From the NCBI GenBank assembly GCA_964016885.1, contig OZ024741.1, forward strand, positions 210,428,001-210,492,000: 64,000 bases of DNA, written 5' to 3'. The stretch is from Eledone cirrhosa. Lineage: Eukaryota. Both the position numbers and the translations under genes were made by a program. A model generated the notes under the pieces. It had not been told where the DNA came from and searched no databases. It worked only from the letters and a program-made list of their open reading frames with translations. Below are positions 63,101-64,000 of this stretch, in pieces; within the stretch, counting starts at the first letter, position 1; each line of letters begins with the position of its first letter.

Positions 63101-64000
63101 ACAGCCACACACAGCCACATAGCCATATACATCCACACAGCCACACAGCCACACACAGCCACAGAGCCACACACAGCCACAAGCAGCCACACAGCCACAC
63201 AGCCACACAACCACACACAGCCACACACAGCCACACAGCCACACACAGCCACACAACCACACAGCCACACACAGCCACATAGCCATATACATCCACACAG
63301 CCACACAGCCACACACAGCCACACAGCCACACACAGCCACACACAGACACACAGCCACACAGCCACACACAGCCATATAGCCACACAGCCACACAGCCAC
63401 ACACAGCCACACAGCCACAGAGCCACACACACCCACACAGCCACACACAGCAACACACAGCCACGCACAGCCACACAACCACACACAGCCACACAGCCAC
63501 ACACAGCCACAGAGCCACACAGCCACACACAGTCACACACAACAAAACAGCCACACAGCCACACAGCCACACTCAGCCACAAAGCCACACAGCCACACAC
63601 AGCCACACACAGCCACACAGCCACACAGCCACACACAGCCACACACAGCCACACAGCCACACACAGCCACACACAGCCACACAGCCACACACAGCCACAG
63701 AGCCACACAGCCACACACAGCAACACACAACCACGCACAGCCACACAGCCACACAGCCACACAGCCACACACAGCCACAAAGCCACACAGCCACACACAG
63801 CAACACACAACCACGCACAGCCACACAGCCACACAGCCACACAGCCACACACAGTCACACATAGCCAAACAGCCACACAGCCACACACAGCCACACACAA
63901 CCACACAGCCACACACAGCCACGCAGCCACACACAGCCACACAGCCACACACAGCCACACAGCTACACACAGCCACACAGCCACACACAGCCACACACAG
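45120..64000. repeat. ~19-kb satellite of mixed 8-bp (AGCCACAC) and 10-bp (AGCCACACAC) units with higher-order duplications; continues past the window end
   Basis: Seen directly. Recurrent variant landmarks include ccacatagccatatacatccac, acaacaaaacag and gtcacac. Confidence 0.97.

Noticed and set aside
44914-63996. Many long Cys/Val/Trp-rich (minus) and His/Thr-rich (plus) ORFs
   Set aside because: They are translations of a stop-poor satellite that is open in all frames, with no codon-phase structure.
45120-64000. Telomeric repeat (TG1-3-like irregular G-strand)
   Set aside because: It is not TTAGGG, the C-rich strand points toward the right end (wrong polarity for a terminus there), and kilobase duplications imply recombination rather than telomerase synthesis.

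Overview
Eukaryotic, gene-poor, repeat-saturated animal DNA. The SINE types and microsatellite load suggest a mollusc, probably an octopus (inference). No host gene is supportable. 1-19 kb is a mosaic set in (TA)n/(CA)n tracts: a CR1/L2-group LINE 3' half, three Penelope-like elements (two near full length, with inverted pseudo-LTRs carrying hammerhead-like motifs), a non-autonomous Helitron, tRNA-derived SINEs, RTE and RLE-LINE relics, and small fold-back elements. 19-42.4 kb holds the main finding: a head-to-tail array of five Tx1-like (L1-group) non-LTR retrotransposons from four diverged families, all on the minus strand. Each ends AATAAA-gaaa-(TATC)n and they are separated almost only by (GATA)n tracts. 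The leftmost copy has an 18-bp target-site duplication showing it inserted into the GATA tail of its neighbour, which points to a self-propagating (GATA)n-targeting lineage. The families share 5'UTR and 3'UTR hairpins, a splice-donor motif at the ORF1 end, and a conserved ORF1 C-terminal domain. 42.4-45.1 kb is tri/tetranucleotide repeat. 45.1-64 kb is a ~19-kb AGCCACAC(AC) satellite with kilobase-scale higher-order duplications.
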